Assembly (NCBI RefSeq): GCF_964355755.1
Contig: NC_092674.1
Location: 23,560,001-23,624,000, forward strand
Length of the DNA stretch: 64,000 nt
Source of the DNA: Antedon mediterranea
Taxonomy: Eukaryota; Animalia; Echinodermata
Direction of reading: 5' to 3'
The translations under genes and the position numbers were made by a program. The first letter of the stretch is position 1. Each line of letters opens with the position of its first letter. The notes under the pieces were generated by a model that saw nothing but the letters and a program-made list of their open reading frames with translations, ran no database searches and was not told the DNA's origin. Shown piece by piece: positions 1-12,500 of this stretch.

Positions 1-190
1 AAATTTTATAAGAATTTAAACCAAAAGAGAGATGAACTCTGAGAACTATCGAGAGAAAGGTAAGGGCATTTATCAAATCTGTATTAAGAATTAGTTGAAA
101 AACAGTATTTTGTTTTTTGGAAATGTACTTTCCACCAATCTTCCCTCGGCCACTGGAGGTAGAAAGTCTTCTTTGATAAGTAGGTCTAAT

Positions 191-222
191 CATGGAGGTA
201 TAAAAGATTTTATACCTCCATG
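191..222. mobile_element. 32-bp palindromic micro-MITE, CATGGAGG termini, 7-bp TSD (P-element-like)
   Basis: gtctaat [catggaggtataaaa ga ttttatacctccatg] gtctaat. Confidence 0.75.
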
Positions 223-486
223 GTCTAATGTACACAGAGTAAGAGCCCACCCTGGTGTACTGGTCCATTAGCCCCTGCCGTTCATGGTAGGCTCTGCACT
301 GTGGCTGCTGTGGGTTCATAGGGGACCTAAATCCGAGTTTCCTCATTTGAGTATAAATATTATTAAACAAACAAAATTGAAAAAGCATGGACTAAATTTA
401 AAGCAGTCTTTTTATAGCATAAAGCACAATTTCAAGTTAATGATTTGGTCAAAATTATTTGGTCATACATCATTTGTTTTCTAAAA

Positions 487-562
487 TTATGATAATGTAT
501 CGGAGCCCAACGTTTTCTCCTTTTCCTGTGTTTTCACTGAAACAAGTTCTGGCTTCGTATTC
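487..562 (-). CDS. SLC10A7: SLC10A7 candidate terminal exon 11b encoding [25 protein letters not shown]-stop
   Basis: ttgttctttcttag acceptor in the correct phase, open to TAA at 489-487. Confidence 0.65.
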
Positions 563-3500
563 CTAAGAAAGAACAAACATTTCTGAATCAATAATATACA
601 GAAAGATGAAAGTTTAATCTCTGTCCGAGCCATATATAAATTTGACAGTTAAACCTTTGTGAACGGTATGTATTTTTTATATTTCATACTCTATAGCTGG
701 TAGTGTACCATGTTGATTTTCTAAAAATCTGTGAATAGAATGTCATAACTCTTTACATATATGGCTCTTAATCTCTGTTGCCGTGTGTGTTAAAGAGTAC
801 CTATTGAATAAATTCCATTAAAAAGCCAGAGGTCTAATGGTTAGGACATCTATTATTATATCAAGCAGAGGGTTCTGAATTTTGGCTGGGGCGGCTCATT
901 TATTAACAAGAGAACTCCAAACCTCCTATAAGTTTATGATATTAAGTTATGTTTATTTTATTTGACAATTTGAAAGTGAATGACTAAATTTTGGTAATCA
1001 AATTTAAATTTTAATTAAATAATTATAATTATTTGAATTTAGATTGGCAGAATAGAAAGAATCTTTGAGTATTTCGATTAGTAATGGTTTTATAGAAACC
1101 AGAGGTGGATTGCTATAAGCGGTCTATAAAAGGTCTTAGCGCTTAGCCGGCTATAATTCGTGATGTAGCAAATTGTCTTTATTATAAACCATTGCTAAAC
1201 CGCGGTCTAACTTGTAAGTGGTCTTTAAAATTGAAGCCTCTACTCAAAGGAGGCGTACTGTTGTGATTGTGAATTGAGCAAGAATGATGAATATTACCTT
1301 ATTTGGTATTCTACGTCCTCAATTTGATACTGTACGCAGTCTTAGCTAAGACTGTTTTATAGCAAAAAGGGTGGTTTATAGTAAGACCATCTATCTAATA
1401 AAGCCGGCTTTAATTGGGGAGTTAAGACCATCAGTTAAGACTGTTTTATAGCAATCCGCCCCTGTGCTATTCTACTTACAGAATGGGTTGGATGACATGA
1501 AAGATAGAATGCAGCAAGGAAGGCTCACACCACACCAGGAGTGTTCCTTAAGAAAGAATAAACAACAACCAATCACCAAAAGTAAAATACTACATACAGA
1601 TAATTAGCATATCCAGGTGTGTATACGTACATAGTGAAATAACTTTAATTTATGTAGTCAATTCTACAAAACCTGATACACAGGGATCATGTCAAAATTA
1701 CTTTACTGCAGTCACTGCAGTAACTACAGTTTTACTGCAGGAATGTAAACAAACTGTCCTAACTGTGGTAGAATAATTTGACATAATCCCTCACTACAGT
1801 TTTCTGTTTGTTCAGTCCAAAATTGTTATTTCCAACCATTTACATATTTGACTTGCACACCTGCATATGATATTAATACACAACTACAACTCTTTATACA
1901 AAACAACCAAATTCTTTAGAATTTATAAACCCCTACCTTATGGACTAACACAAATATAACAAGTTGTGTGTAATAATTTGCAACAACCAAGGACCAACCT
2001 AGGTCAGGTCATCAATCGATGTGTCGTCAATCAAGCCATAGAAACAATCAAACCTGTGTTTAGGCGAGGAGCGAGGACGCACATCCCAATAAACTAACAT
2101 GGCGCAGTTTAGTCGTCAATCGTCGCAAATTGAAATTTCCATATTCTGCTTAGTTGCACCAATTAAACCATCTGTATTTCTGTTAAAATTAGTCTAGTTG
2201 TACAATACAATGACAGAGCCTTCTATTTGCCTAGAAAAACTCTGGTGCGTTAACATTTTCTATCTCTGTATGTTGTGCAAACTCTGATGTTTTACTAGGC
2301 AATGTAAAAGGGATAGAAGTGTCTTTTGCATTATTACATAGTGAGCGTTAGTAAAAATATTGGAGTGCATATTTATTTTGGTGTGGACAATTTGATAACA
2401 AATACCTGTTAAAATCAACTAAAACCACCAGAATACAGTAACATATTTAACACAAAAAAAGGGGTTTTAGGTTAAAGCGAAGTTTAATAAAAAAATATGT
2501 AAACACAAAAATAAAATACTAAATATTCAAACCTTGATTTGATTGCAGTTGTCATCCAGTGTTTGATGGAGTTCACCAGGAATCCACCGAGTAGGATCTG
2601 AGTTGGATGGTAGACCAGTAGTGGAATGGATATCAAAGAGAGGTAGTCGTAACCAGCATAAATTATTTTCAACATTGGTATACCTGTATTAAATAAGAAA
2701 AACATGAAAATGACAATCTACTATGCAGAACAGTTCTATTTAGGGGACACTCTTATTTTCCAGTGAAATGAACAAGGGGCAATATATTCTTTAACACTGT
2801 GAGGGCGTGTGGTGCTGTGTGTTGGACGTTCGACTACTGATCGTTAGACCGAGGTTCGAATCCAACTCTCGCCGCATTGCTTGTATCCTTAGGCAAGATA
2901 CTTTACTTACGTTTGCCTCTCTCCACCCAGGTGTATAATTGGGAACCCGGTTAGATCAAGACACAACTTTGCGCTGATTACTAGCTGCATATATGGGAGT
3001 ATGTTTCCATAGGTGTTTGATCAGGAAATGACTGGGGTAATAATGTTCAGCGCATTGAGAGCTTGCTTATATGCGCTATATAAGAATGAACTATTATTAT
3101 TATTATTAACACTATAGCAAACCTATAGAGACAACTTGGGATACATTACTGGGTCCCAAAAGTGTCCCCTTAATGGGGTTCTATTGTGATTATCTTTATC
3201 TTAGTTGCCACTGATGAAGATAGGCTGTGTGACAAATTTCTCCACATCTTTCTCATACACAATAATTTCATCCATTTCATCCTCTGTCTCCCTCTATAAT
3301 TATTGTAAATTGCTGGTTCAGTAACGATTTGTTCACAAAATGTGTATGTACACAAAAAAAATGATTTGAGAGGTAAATTTATCATACAAAAAATTGTTTA
3401 AAAAGTGTATGATTCTGCAAGTTTTTGCTTATGGGAGAATGGCCATACAAGTAGTTTTTATGAAATAATATTATAAATGTAATGTAATTTAAAAAATAAA

Positions 3501-6500
3501 TATATATATATATAAATACAAAAAAAAGTAGGTGGTGATGTACCTTAAGAAAACTTAAAATAATACGATTTAAAGACAATTCGAAAACTTTGCATATGAC
3601 TGCTCATCTCCAATAAGCACAATTTTTAAATTTATCAATCAACCATCATTGAAACCAAGTAAATATTGATGAAATATGGATTTGAATAATTTTATTTCAT
3701 CCTCGTTTTGCAATCACTTGGCAATCACCTTACTTACCCAATGTCAAAGACTTGTGTGTTGCACAGTACATGATAGTCACTGTATCTCCAGGTTCAAAAC
3801 CTAGCCTAGGGTGCTTTGATAGAAAGAATGCTAGGCTTATCAAAAATACTTGTAATGAAAATACTAGGAAAATAAAAAAAAACACATTATCTGTTAATAT
3901 CAAACAACATTTTTATTTAAGCGAATACAGTATTCAACTTCTACATTCATTCCATTTCATTGTAAAAATTTACAACCATTCTCCTGATAAAACATTTTAA
4001 CTACTACTACTAGTGTAATTTACTGTCATTTACAGTGGCATTACGTTTACAATGATCAGTTGATTGCAGGCTAGTAGGCAGGTTCTGACAAGGGGATACA
4101 GGCCTGGGGACAGGGCCTTCTTAAAGGCCTGGTTGTGCGCAGCATGAAGCCCTGATTAGGCCTGGAATCGAAGCCAGCGCACTTCCAGTGTTAAGAAGCG
4201 AAATTCAGTGCTTGTATATATTATACTTTAGGCTAACAATTTGAGTTCATATCGACCAAAATTGCAAAACTCTTTTCTACAAACTGAAGAATTTTTCGTA
4301 CCAATTACGGCTATTGCAGCTAAACTGTATCTGTCCATTTCTAAAGCAGGATTTGAGAATGTGTCACAAAAGGTCGTGTAGATAATCAGGAGTAGAACAC
4401 CTTGCCCTACCTGACCAAAGGGGGGCTTGGTTCGCTCTAACCATTCTTTAATGTATCGACGACTTATCTACAAGAGAATGAATAATATTCATTACTTCAA
4501 TAACAATGAATACATTTTCAAAATCCATTCGTAATTTCACTGAAAAGACCTAAACAATTCAATTCAAGGTATATTTATTCATTCAAAGAAATCATACAGG
4601 TAGCCAACGGCTAAAATGAGTTCAATTTTACAGATATAAAAACTAACGTACATTATATAGTAAACAACAACAACATTTTGCATAATAAGCAACCCACCAC
4701 TTTGAAATACTGTAGGCACCTAGGCATTGAGCTGATGGTTTTTATTCCTATTCCAAGTAGCTCATGCGCTCATTTGAGTGGGAATGGTAATGTCCGATTA
4801 AAAGTTTAAGCTGCTTTCACATCGCACCTGGATTCAGCGCCCTGAGAAAAATATTGCAAGCCTTGAGCATGTTTTCACATCGCTCACGAATTTGGTTTTC
4901 CAGTATCCAACAAGATAATTCATGCTCATTGTTATTTGGTTAAAAGAAAACAATTGTATGATTTCAGGAAACAAATGGCTTCGTGATCAATCGCTCTGAA
5001 TTCGGAGCCTGAATCAGGTATGGATTGGTGTAAATGCTATGCTTTACCACTGAACCATTTTCTACAATATTTTTCTCAGAGAGCTGAACCGAATTCGGGA
5101 TTTATATATTTATTTTGTTGGGGAAACTAATAAAAGCACAAATTGTTCATAATACAAAAATATTCAGGGGACACTTTCCTGTGAAATTAACAAGCGGAAA
5201 TGTATGTTTAACACTATGTCCAATTAAGGTTTTTGCATGACACTGGCATGATAGTCTAGTGGCGGTTCCAGGATTTTGAAATTGGGGAAGCCCAGGGCCT
5301 AAAAATGGTCCCCTCCCCGCCCCCCCCCCCCTTGAATCTGCCTATGATAGTATAGTTATTTGGCCTAATAATATATTTTATCTAACTTACCTGACCAATG
5401 ATAAGAGGAACAACAACAGTCATAGTTAATGTCATAAATACAGAACTATATGGAACTGTTGAAGAAGAGCCAAGCTAAAAAATAACAAATTTATTGATTT
5501 AAGTCACCACAACATTGAACCATCATTTGCTACAATTTTTTTGGAGCCATTTAAAATATCATATAAATTTGGACTTTTAAGTACAAAATGCATAAAGCCT
5601 CTATGCACTTCACATAAAAATAAAAGTAATCCATGAAATAAATAAAATAAAAAAGAGCAATGAAAAATGAGAGTGACAGGCCATAAAATATATGGATCTC
5701 AACTGAAGTATATGCCCGGTTGGTATAGTTTTGTATTAATTTGTTAGTTACACTTTTTTAGACACAATTGGCATTCTGTTAAAGTTATATTCTTTTTCAA
5801 ATATAGTTATTTTTATGTTATAAGGAGAGAATATACATTTTTGTTTCCAGCTCAAGTAAAGGTTGGGTCATGTGTGCAAAAATGTTTTTCTCTTTCAAAT
5901 GTTAGGCCGAATCACTTTATAGAAATCTTTTGTTATGACTCTTTTCTTTAAAATCGTTTACATTTAATTAATTCAAGTATTCCTAAACATACACATGTTA
6001 GTAAATTATGTTTACTATAGACTTATACATTAATTGGGTTTAGGCCTAGAATATCAGCATCACTAAAAAAAAAATTTAATGCCACGATTTTCTCATTAAC
6101 AATGTATTTCCTGCGCTATTCACAATATAATTTATGCGAGAAACTTTAAGCAATGCTATCCATCCACCGTAACATGCGCTTTTTATTTTTAACAAATCAA
6201 TCAACATTTTATCTAATTTTATTGCGTTCGCAGCGAGGACCCTGGTTCCGTAATTCCAAACACGTATGAAAATGTTATAGTCATTGACGAAAATGCACAT
6301 GACTGTCATGTCAAAATGTTTGAATCGTGTCGCGTAATTTGTTTCCGAGTTTGACAAATGATAAAGTCGCCCCCATCTTAATGATTAATTTCCTTATAAA
6401 TATATAATGACGATATTAACAGACTTACAAATGCAAGAAGCATCATTTTCTTATCGCCTTTACGTAACCATCAGTATTTAAAATTTATGAGTATCAAGCG

Positions 6501-9500
6501 ATTTCCCTCGGTAAAATCGTTCACGCGGAGCACTTTTTCCCCCAAAGAAACTATTATTTGTTTTAATCTGGTCCTCGTTCAAGTCTAGTATAACACATAC
6601 TTTACAAAAGCCACTCAACTATAGCGTCGCTAAACTTAAAACCGCACGCTGATTTTTGTTGAATTGACTATGAATAAATATGACATTAATTATACATTTA
6701 TTAGTTTCTTGACGTTTGTAATAAAGTTTGAAAGCGAACACAGAAAAACAAACTTTTATACAGACACAAACAACTTGAGTTTGTGAACACTTTGGTTAAA
6801 GTGTTTAACCTATATTTAACTAAGGTCAGGAAATATATTACAAATATACAGTAATTCAATAACAAAAATTGGTTAGGATGGCAGGAAGATGCCTTTAAAT
6901 TTTATTTTAAAGCATCATTTGTAATCTCAATATGTTTTCACAGAAGTGCAATGTTTACAAAAGGAAGTGTGTACTTTGACCTAATTTAAAGGTTTGTTAC
7001 CCCAGCACCAACAAAACTAGATGGAGACTATTTGCATAGATTTTGAGTTACAAGTACAGTATACTAGAAATTATTATTTTATTTTATTTTTAGAATCGTC
7101 ATTTTTTATAATAAACTGTAATAATGTAAATATATTAGAAAGAGATGGATGCAAAATAACTGTGATGACAATACAAAGAAAAGAGTGCCTCCAAATAAGG
7201 ATCACTTTAATATAAAAATAAATTTGTTTTTACAAAATACTTACAAATAATAACAGCAATAATGGTGTTACAAATATTCCCTGAAAGATTAAAGATTAAA
7301 TGTATAATTTGTTTAACTATTTTTTTATTAGGAAATATATAACATGCAGTAGAACACCTATCAATCGAAGGGATATCTTTAAGACCAAACAAGTGTATCT
7401 TTAATATATAATATTATACAGATATTGCCTGCTTAGAGGTTAAATATAAGATTTGACATCCCCGAAGGAATGATATTTTGTTCGATGGAATATATTTCCC
7501 GAAGCGCGAAGCCTTGTTGGTTGGAAAGTTTGAAGCTCTGTCTTCACTATCAAATTTTAAGTGACAAAAAAAATGTGATGTCACTTGAAATTTGATAGTG
7601 TAGACAGAGCTTTAGTTAGGGTTAAGGGTGTTTCAAAGGAAGAAGTCTACTTTAATCATAATTAATATCTGCTTCAAATAATATTTTATTTCAATTTTGC
7701 TGAATTAATTTGAATCAATCTATCAAATAAATATTTATTCCATACAAATTAAACATTGTACATTTAATTTAATTATTTATTTATTATTTAATAATATTAT
7801 GTAGAGGCCCACCTTTGAGACACCTCTATTAAGGGGACACTTTGCAATGACATAAATTTAATTAATTTTCAAAAATGTATTTATTACAAAAAAAAATTAC
7901 CTGACAAATATTTTCTTTAACACACTCTTTCTTTAGATAAACACAAAATAGTTGTATTTCTTTAGTATCTTTTGGTCAAAATACATTAATCCAATATTCT
8001 TTATAATTGTTTTGTTGAATTCAGTGTCACATAATAGTTTGTCAACTAGTATGTCACTTTGACAAAAAATTGGATAGAAAAAAAATTATTTACCTAAAAA
8101 AACTGTAATTTAAAGCAATATTCATTCAAATTGGCTGCTGTACCAGTGAGTTTTTTGTTGAATTTAATTTTTTTTAATAAGTTAAAACATTATTTTGAGG
8201 TTTTTTGTCTACAAAAGTAATTAACTTTATTAAAACTACAAAATGACCTATTATATTCAAAGTTTTATTTTATTAATATTCATTGTTTTGGGGGGACAAT
8301 ACATCTTTAACTTGACAAAGTTGGCTTTGTGCTACTCCATATATAAGTTTAACTATCCACCAGTGTGTTAAGTGCCATTAACATGAATTAATAAAATACC
8401 ACACACAACTTAGTCAATTAAAGCTGGTTCCCAACGATATTAATTTGGTTATGAACTATCTATTATTCTCCAGTGAAAATCAATTATTAGGTTATAATAT
8501 TTCATTAGAATCAGATGATTTTCCCAACTCCCTACTCAATAAAAAAACACAAGTTTTAATCTAAAGAGACCAATTATAGGCGCGAAAAAAAGAAATTCAG
8601 TAGGGGACACATATTATAAAGCTTTTGTGATGCTAAATGGGGCGTAATGTACAAGGACTTTTATCCGTCAGCACTTCACAGTATAAAAAACTTGTAACCA
8701 CTCGTTCGTTAAACTATTTTTATGTGCTGAGGCCCACTTTATTTTTACCAAATTACTCCTCAGAAAATGCTAATCAAAATGATCAGTTGATCAATTTCTC
8801 TAAGATCTACTTCTGGACAGATGGAAAAATGATTAATGGAAACCTTTATAAACTTTTATTTGTTTATCTTGACTTTTAAAAAGTTTGTTAATAAGTTTAA
8901 TAGTGATGATTGATTTAGCATTTTTAAATTTGGAATATTTTTGTTTTAAATCATGAAATTAAGGAGGGAATTTTCCTGCTTTTTAATGGATAAGCATCCT
9001 TGCCTCCTTAGATTTCTACCTGTCTTGTTTTTGTTACCTATGTTTTAAATGTATTTCGATTTTAAAGGCTAAATAAAGAATGAATCAATGAATGAGCATA
9101 ACACATTAGTGATATGTTTTCAGGTATTTGAATTTTTTTAATTTATGTTTACTAGTATTGCTATTTCAGCACAGTATATCTTTCCTTTATAGTATTTTTC
9201 TTGTTATTATTAAAGTTCAGCAACAAAATTGACAGAATTAACCAAAACAGAACTTACTAAGAAACTTCCAAATGCTGAATTGAAAATTGCTGCAGCCTGG
9301 AAAAGAAATTAACTATAATTAATAAACGAATAAAATTAAAATATATTTTATAGTATTGTATTCTGGTGATCTTGATTTTATCTCAAATTAAGTATTTTAA
9401 TTTAATTATCAGTTAATTATTTTTGAACTGTTAAAAGTTCAAGGACAAAAAATAAAAAGGCTTCTTAATTATCATTTGAAAATATAATTAGTAACAGCTG

Positions 9501-12500
9501 AAACAAAACAAAAACCCAAAAGAAAAAAAAACAAATTAATTTTTGATAAAAAAGTCTCTTTTAATTCATATTGTACGATTTGTCAATTTTAAGAGTATAA
9601 ACATATATATGGGATATGGGACTTAAAACTGGAGGTCCAGTATACACATCTGGTCTGCATGTACTCTAAAGAACCCTGTGCATCTATCGGAAGAGTAGGA
9701 GTCTTCATCTCAGTCCCTGCAACAACAACTTTTCTCTTTTATCTTTAAAAAAAAATTACATTAAAAAATATAGATTCTGAATGATCCAATTAATTAATTA
9801 ATTTCAATTAATCAATTAATTTTATTTCAAAAATATTGTAACTATCTAACATTAATTAAATGTTTAATTAATTAATGTTTAGCCCTGATCATGGAGGAAA
9901 TATATAGAAATAAATATATATAACAATAAATATATTTCCTTCATGCCCTGATGAAGGAATTGTGCTTGGCACTTCTTTCTGACATTTTGATTATAGCTTT
10001 CTGTTTATTTTATTTGTATCTTCCTTGAGATTTAGTCACTTATACCCACAGCATTATTATTGCTTTTGATTTAATTAAATATACATTACTTTTAGAGATA
10101 TAAATACAAAATGTATTAAAATAGGAAACAATATCCTTTTTTCTATCTTTCCTCTCTTAAATTACTAAAGTATTTTATTATAAAACTGACAGACTAAACA
10201 TTATACAATGATTGATGGCTAAAAATATATAGGATTTATTCCTGTTACTTAATTGCAGACTAGAGATGCTTCTCATTCACTTAGAAAATAAAAATTAATA
10301 ATTAATACATAGAAAGATATTGTGTATAGAAAGGCTCATCAAAAATTAACCTTATCATCTAAAATTTATACTCCATTGGTCATTATTTGTAGTTGTCAGT
10401 TCCCTCTTGATGACATTCTTCACATCTGGAGAAATAATTATTACTTAACGATATTTTAAAAACTTTTTGATAGATTTCAGAGGTGTTAATTATTGTAGGT
10501 TTATGGAAAACTAATATTGTTAACAATAATTATTCGTAATAATTATTTTTGTTAATGTTCTTTTTAACTTTTTAAGTTTTGATTGATTACAGATTTTGAA
10601 CCAAGTTTGCTTCCTTTAATATTATCATTTTATTTTTAATATATTAATGGTATACTATATTGCTTTAAACAAATAATGTTATTAAAATTTTTAACTACAA
10701 AGTAAATGAAAAAAAAAAAATTTGCAAGTATTTTTTAAAATTAACTATTTTTTCCTGCATTGTTGAAACAGGTCAACATTTCTACCAACTACATTTAAAA
10801 CCTAAAAAATTTAAATTCTCACATCCTTGAACCTTTAAGATATATTGTCCCTTTTGAAAAAATAATTGTTTAAAATATTGCTGTTGAATATGCCATTTTA
10901 ATGTCACATTCTAGTTATTCACTTTGACCAAAAAAAATATTTACAATTTGTTTAATTTAAATGTTTTTTTTTTCTAAAGAAGTGATTAAAGTGATTAAAG
11001 TATGGCCTATTTAAAATCTTCATTCTTTGTTTTTGGGGAAAATACATCTTTGTGGATATGTGCGCTTTAGGCCTATAAATCTTATCGTATCTTCCCTCAT
11101 TGTGAAAAGTTGCTTGTAATAAGTTGTGCGGAAAATCAAAGCAGTTCTTTATATCTTTATGGGAGAACCATCTATACAACATGCTAATAACTTAAACCCA
11201 TTACTGTAATTACTTTTTTTAATGAATTGAATTTATCCAAGTACATTTCAATTATAATAGACTATGGTGGTAGGAGATTTAGAAAAAAAAATGTTTTTAT
11301 ATTATACAAGTTTTCAATAAATTCTTATAATTAATTCTCACGATTTAATTAATTATACTTACAAATCCTACAGTCTAGACAAGCATATTTATGTACAGTA
11401 AAGTAACTAATGAATTAATAATTAAGTTAATTAATTGGGTGTGAAACACAGTACACAATAATAAGTAGAAAACCGATATTGTGATAAAACCTATTTAAAA
11501 TGTCTGTTTTTAGTCGTGTGGACGCGACTCTATAGTTCACTATGTCGGTCGGTCGGTCGGTCTGTCGGTCCGGTATCACTATGCGTTTTAGCACGCGACT
11601 TATGGCTGTTGGCCTTGTTTAGATACCATGTAAATATAATACATAATTCAATTCAACTTTTCATAATGAAATGAACTTTATATTTCCATTGAAAAAAACT
11701 TTTTTTTACATCCCCTTCTCTGTGACATCATTGGACTTGGTTCCCACTGGAATTAAATGCAAGAACGTCAACGCAAGTAATTTGACCAATTGCAAGAGAT
11801 GGATCATTCAAACAGCCTCTAGGTCCGCTTGGATCCGCCCCTGAATTGACCCTTGTAATCAGCACTTTTTATAAATACCATTTGTTTTACCATGTATGTT
11901 TTGCATTGCATTTTTATAATACTTACTTCATTTCCTCCGACTGCTTTTGTTAAGATGACTGCTGATGACACAGGAGGGGGCATACACCCGACAACTTGCA
12001 ACCTTAAAAAGGAAGTAAGGGGCCTGATATTACATAGGTAGGGGCAGGTAACTGTTAAAAGAGCTAATGTATAAATAAAAGGGCTTGATATAACACAGGC
12101 ACATTTTTTTTTTACATTTATTTCTCAATTTACATAAATATCTATCACACTATAAATAATAGCATTGTAAATAGCACAGTGGCTAACATAAGCATCATTC
12201 ATTTTTTTTCTCCTCTTTACTAGTAAATACGGTTTTTTTTTCTTCTTACTTTTCTAACCACAGAACATTTTCACAAGACTATAACACAGGCAGATTTAGG
12301 ATGTTTGAAAACAGGTGAGAATCGGATGGGGGGTGGGGCGCTGTTGTGTTGTGGGAAGATGAAAATGAATGGTGATCTGGGGGTCCTCCCTTTAATGAAT
12401 GGTGATCTGGGGGTCCTCCCTTTAATGAATGGTGATCTGGGGGTCCTCCCTTTAATGAATGGTGATCTGGGGGTCCTCCCTTTAATGAATGGTGATCTGG

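Noticed and set aside
2801-2875. tRNA gene
   Set aside because: A/B boxes are present, but the sequence continues into a SINE body and tail and has no proper cloverleaf.
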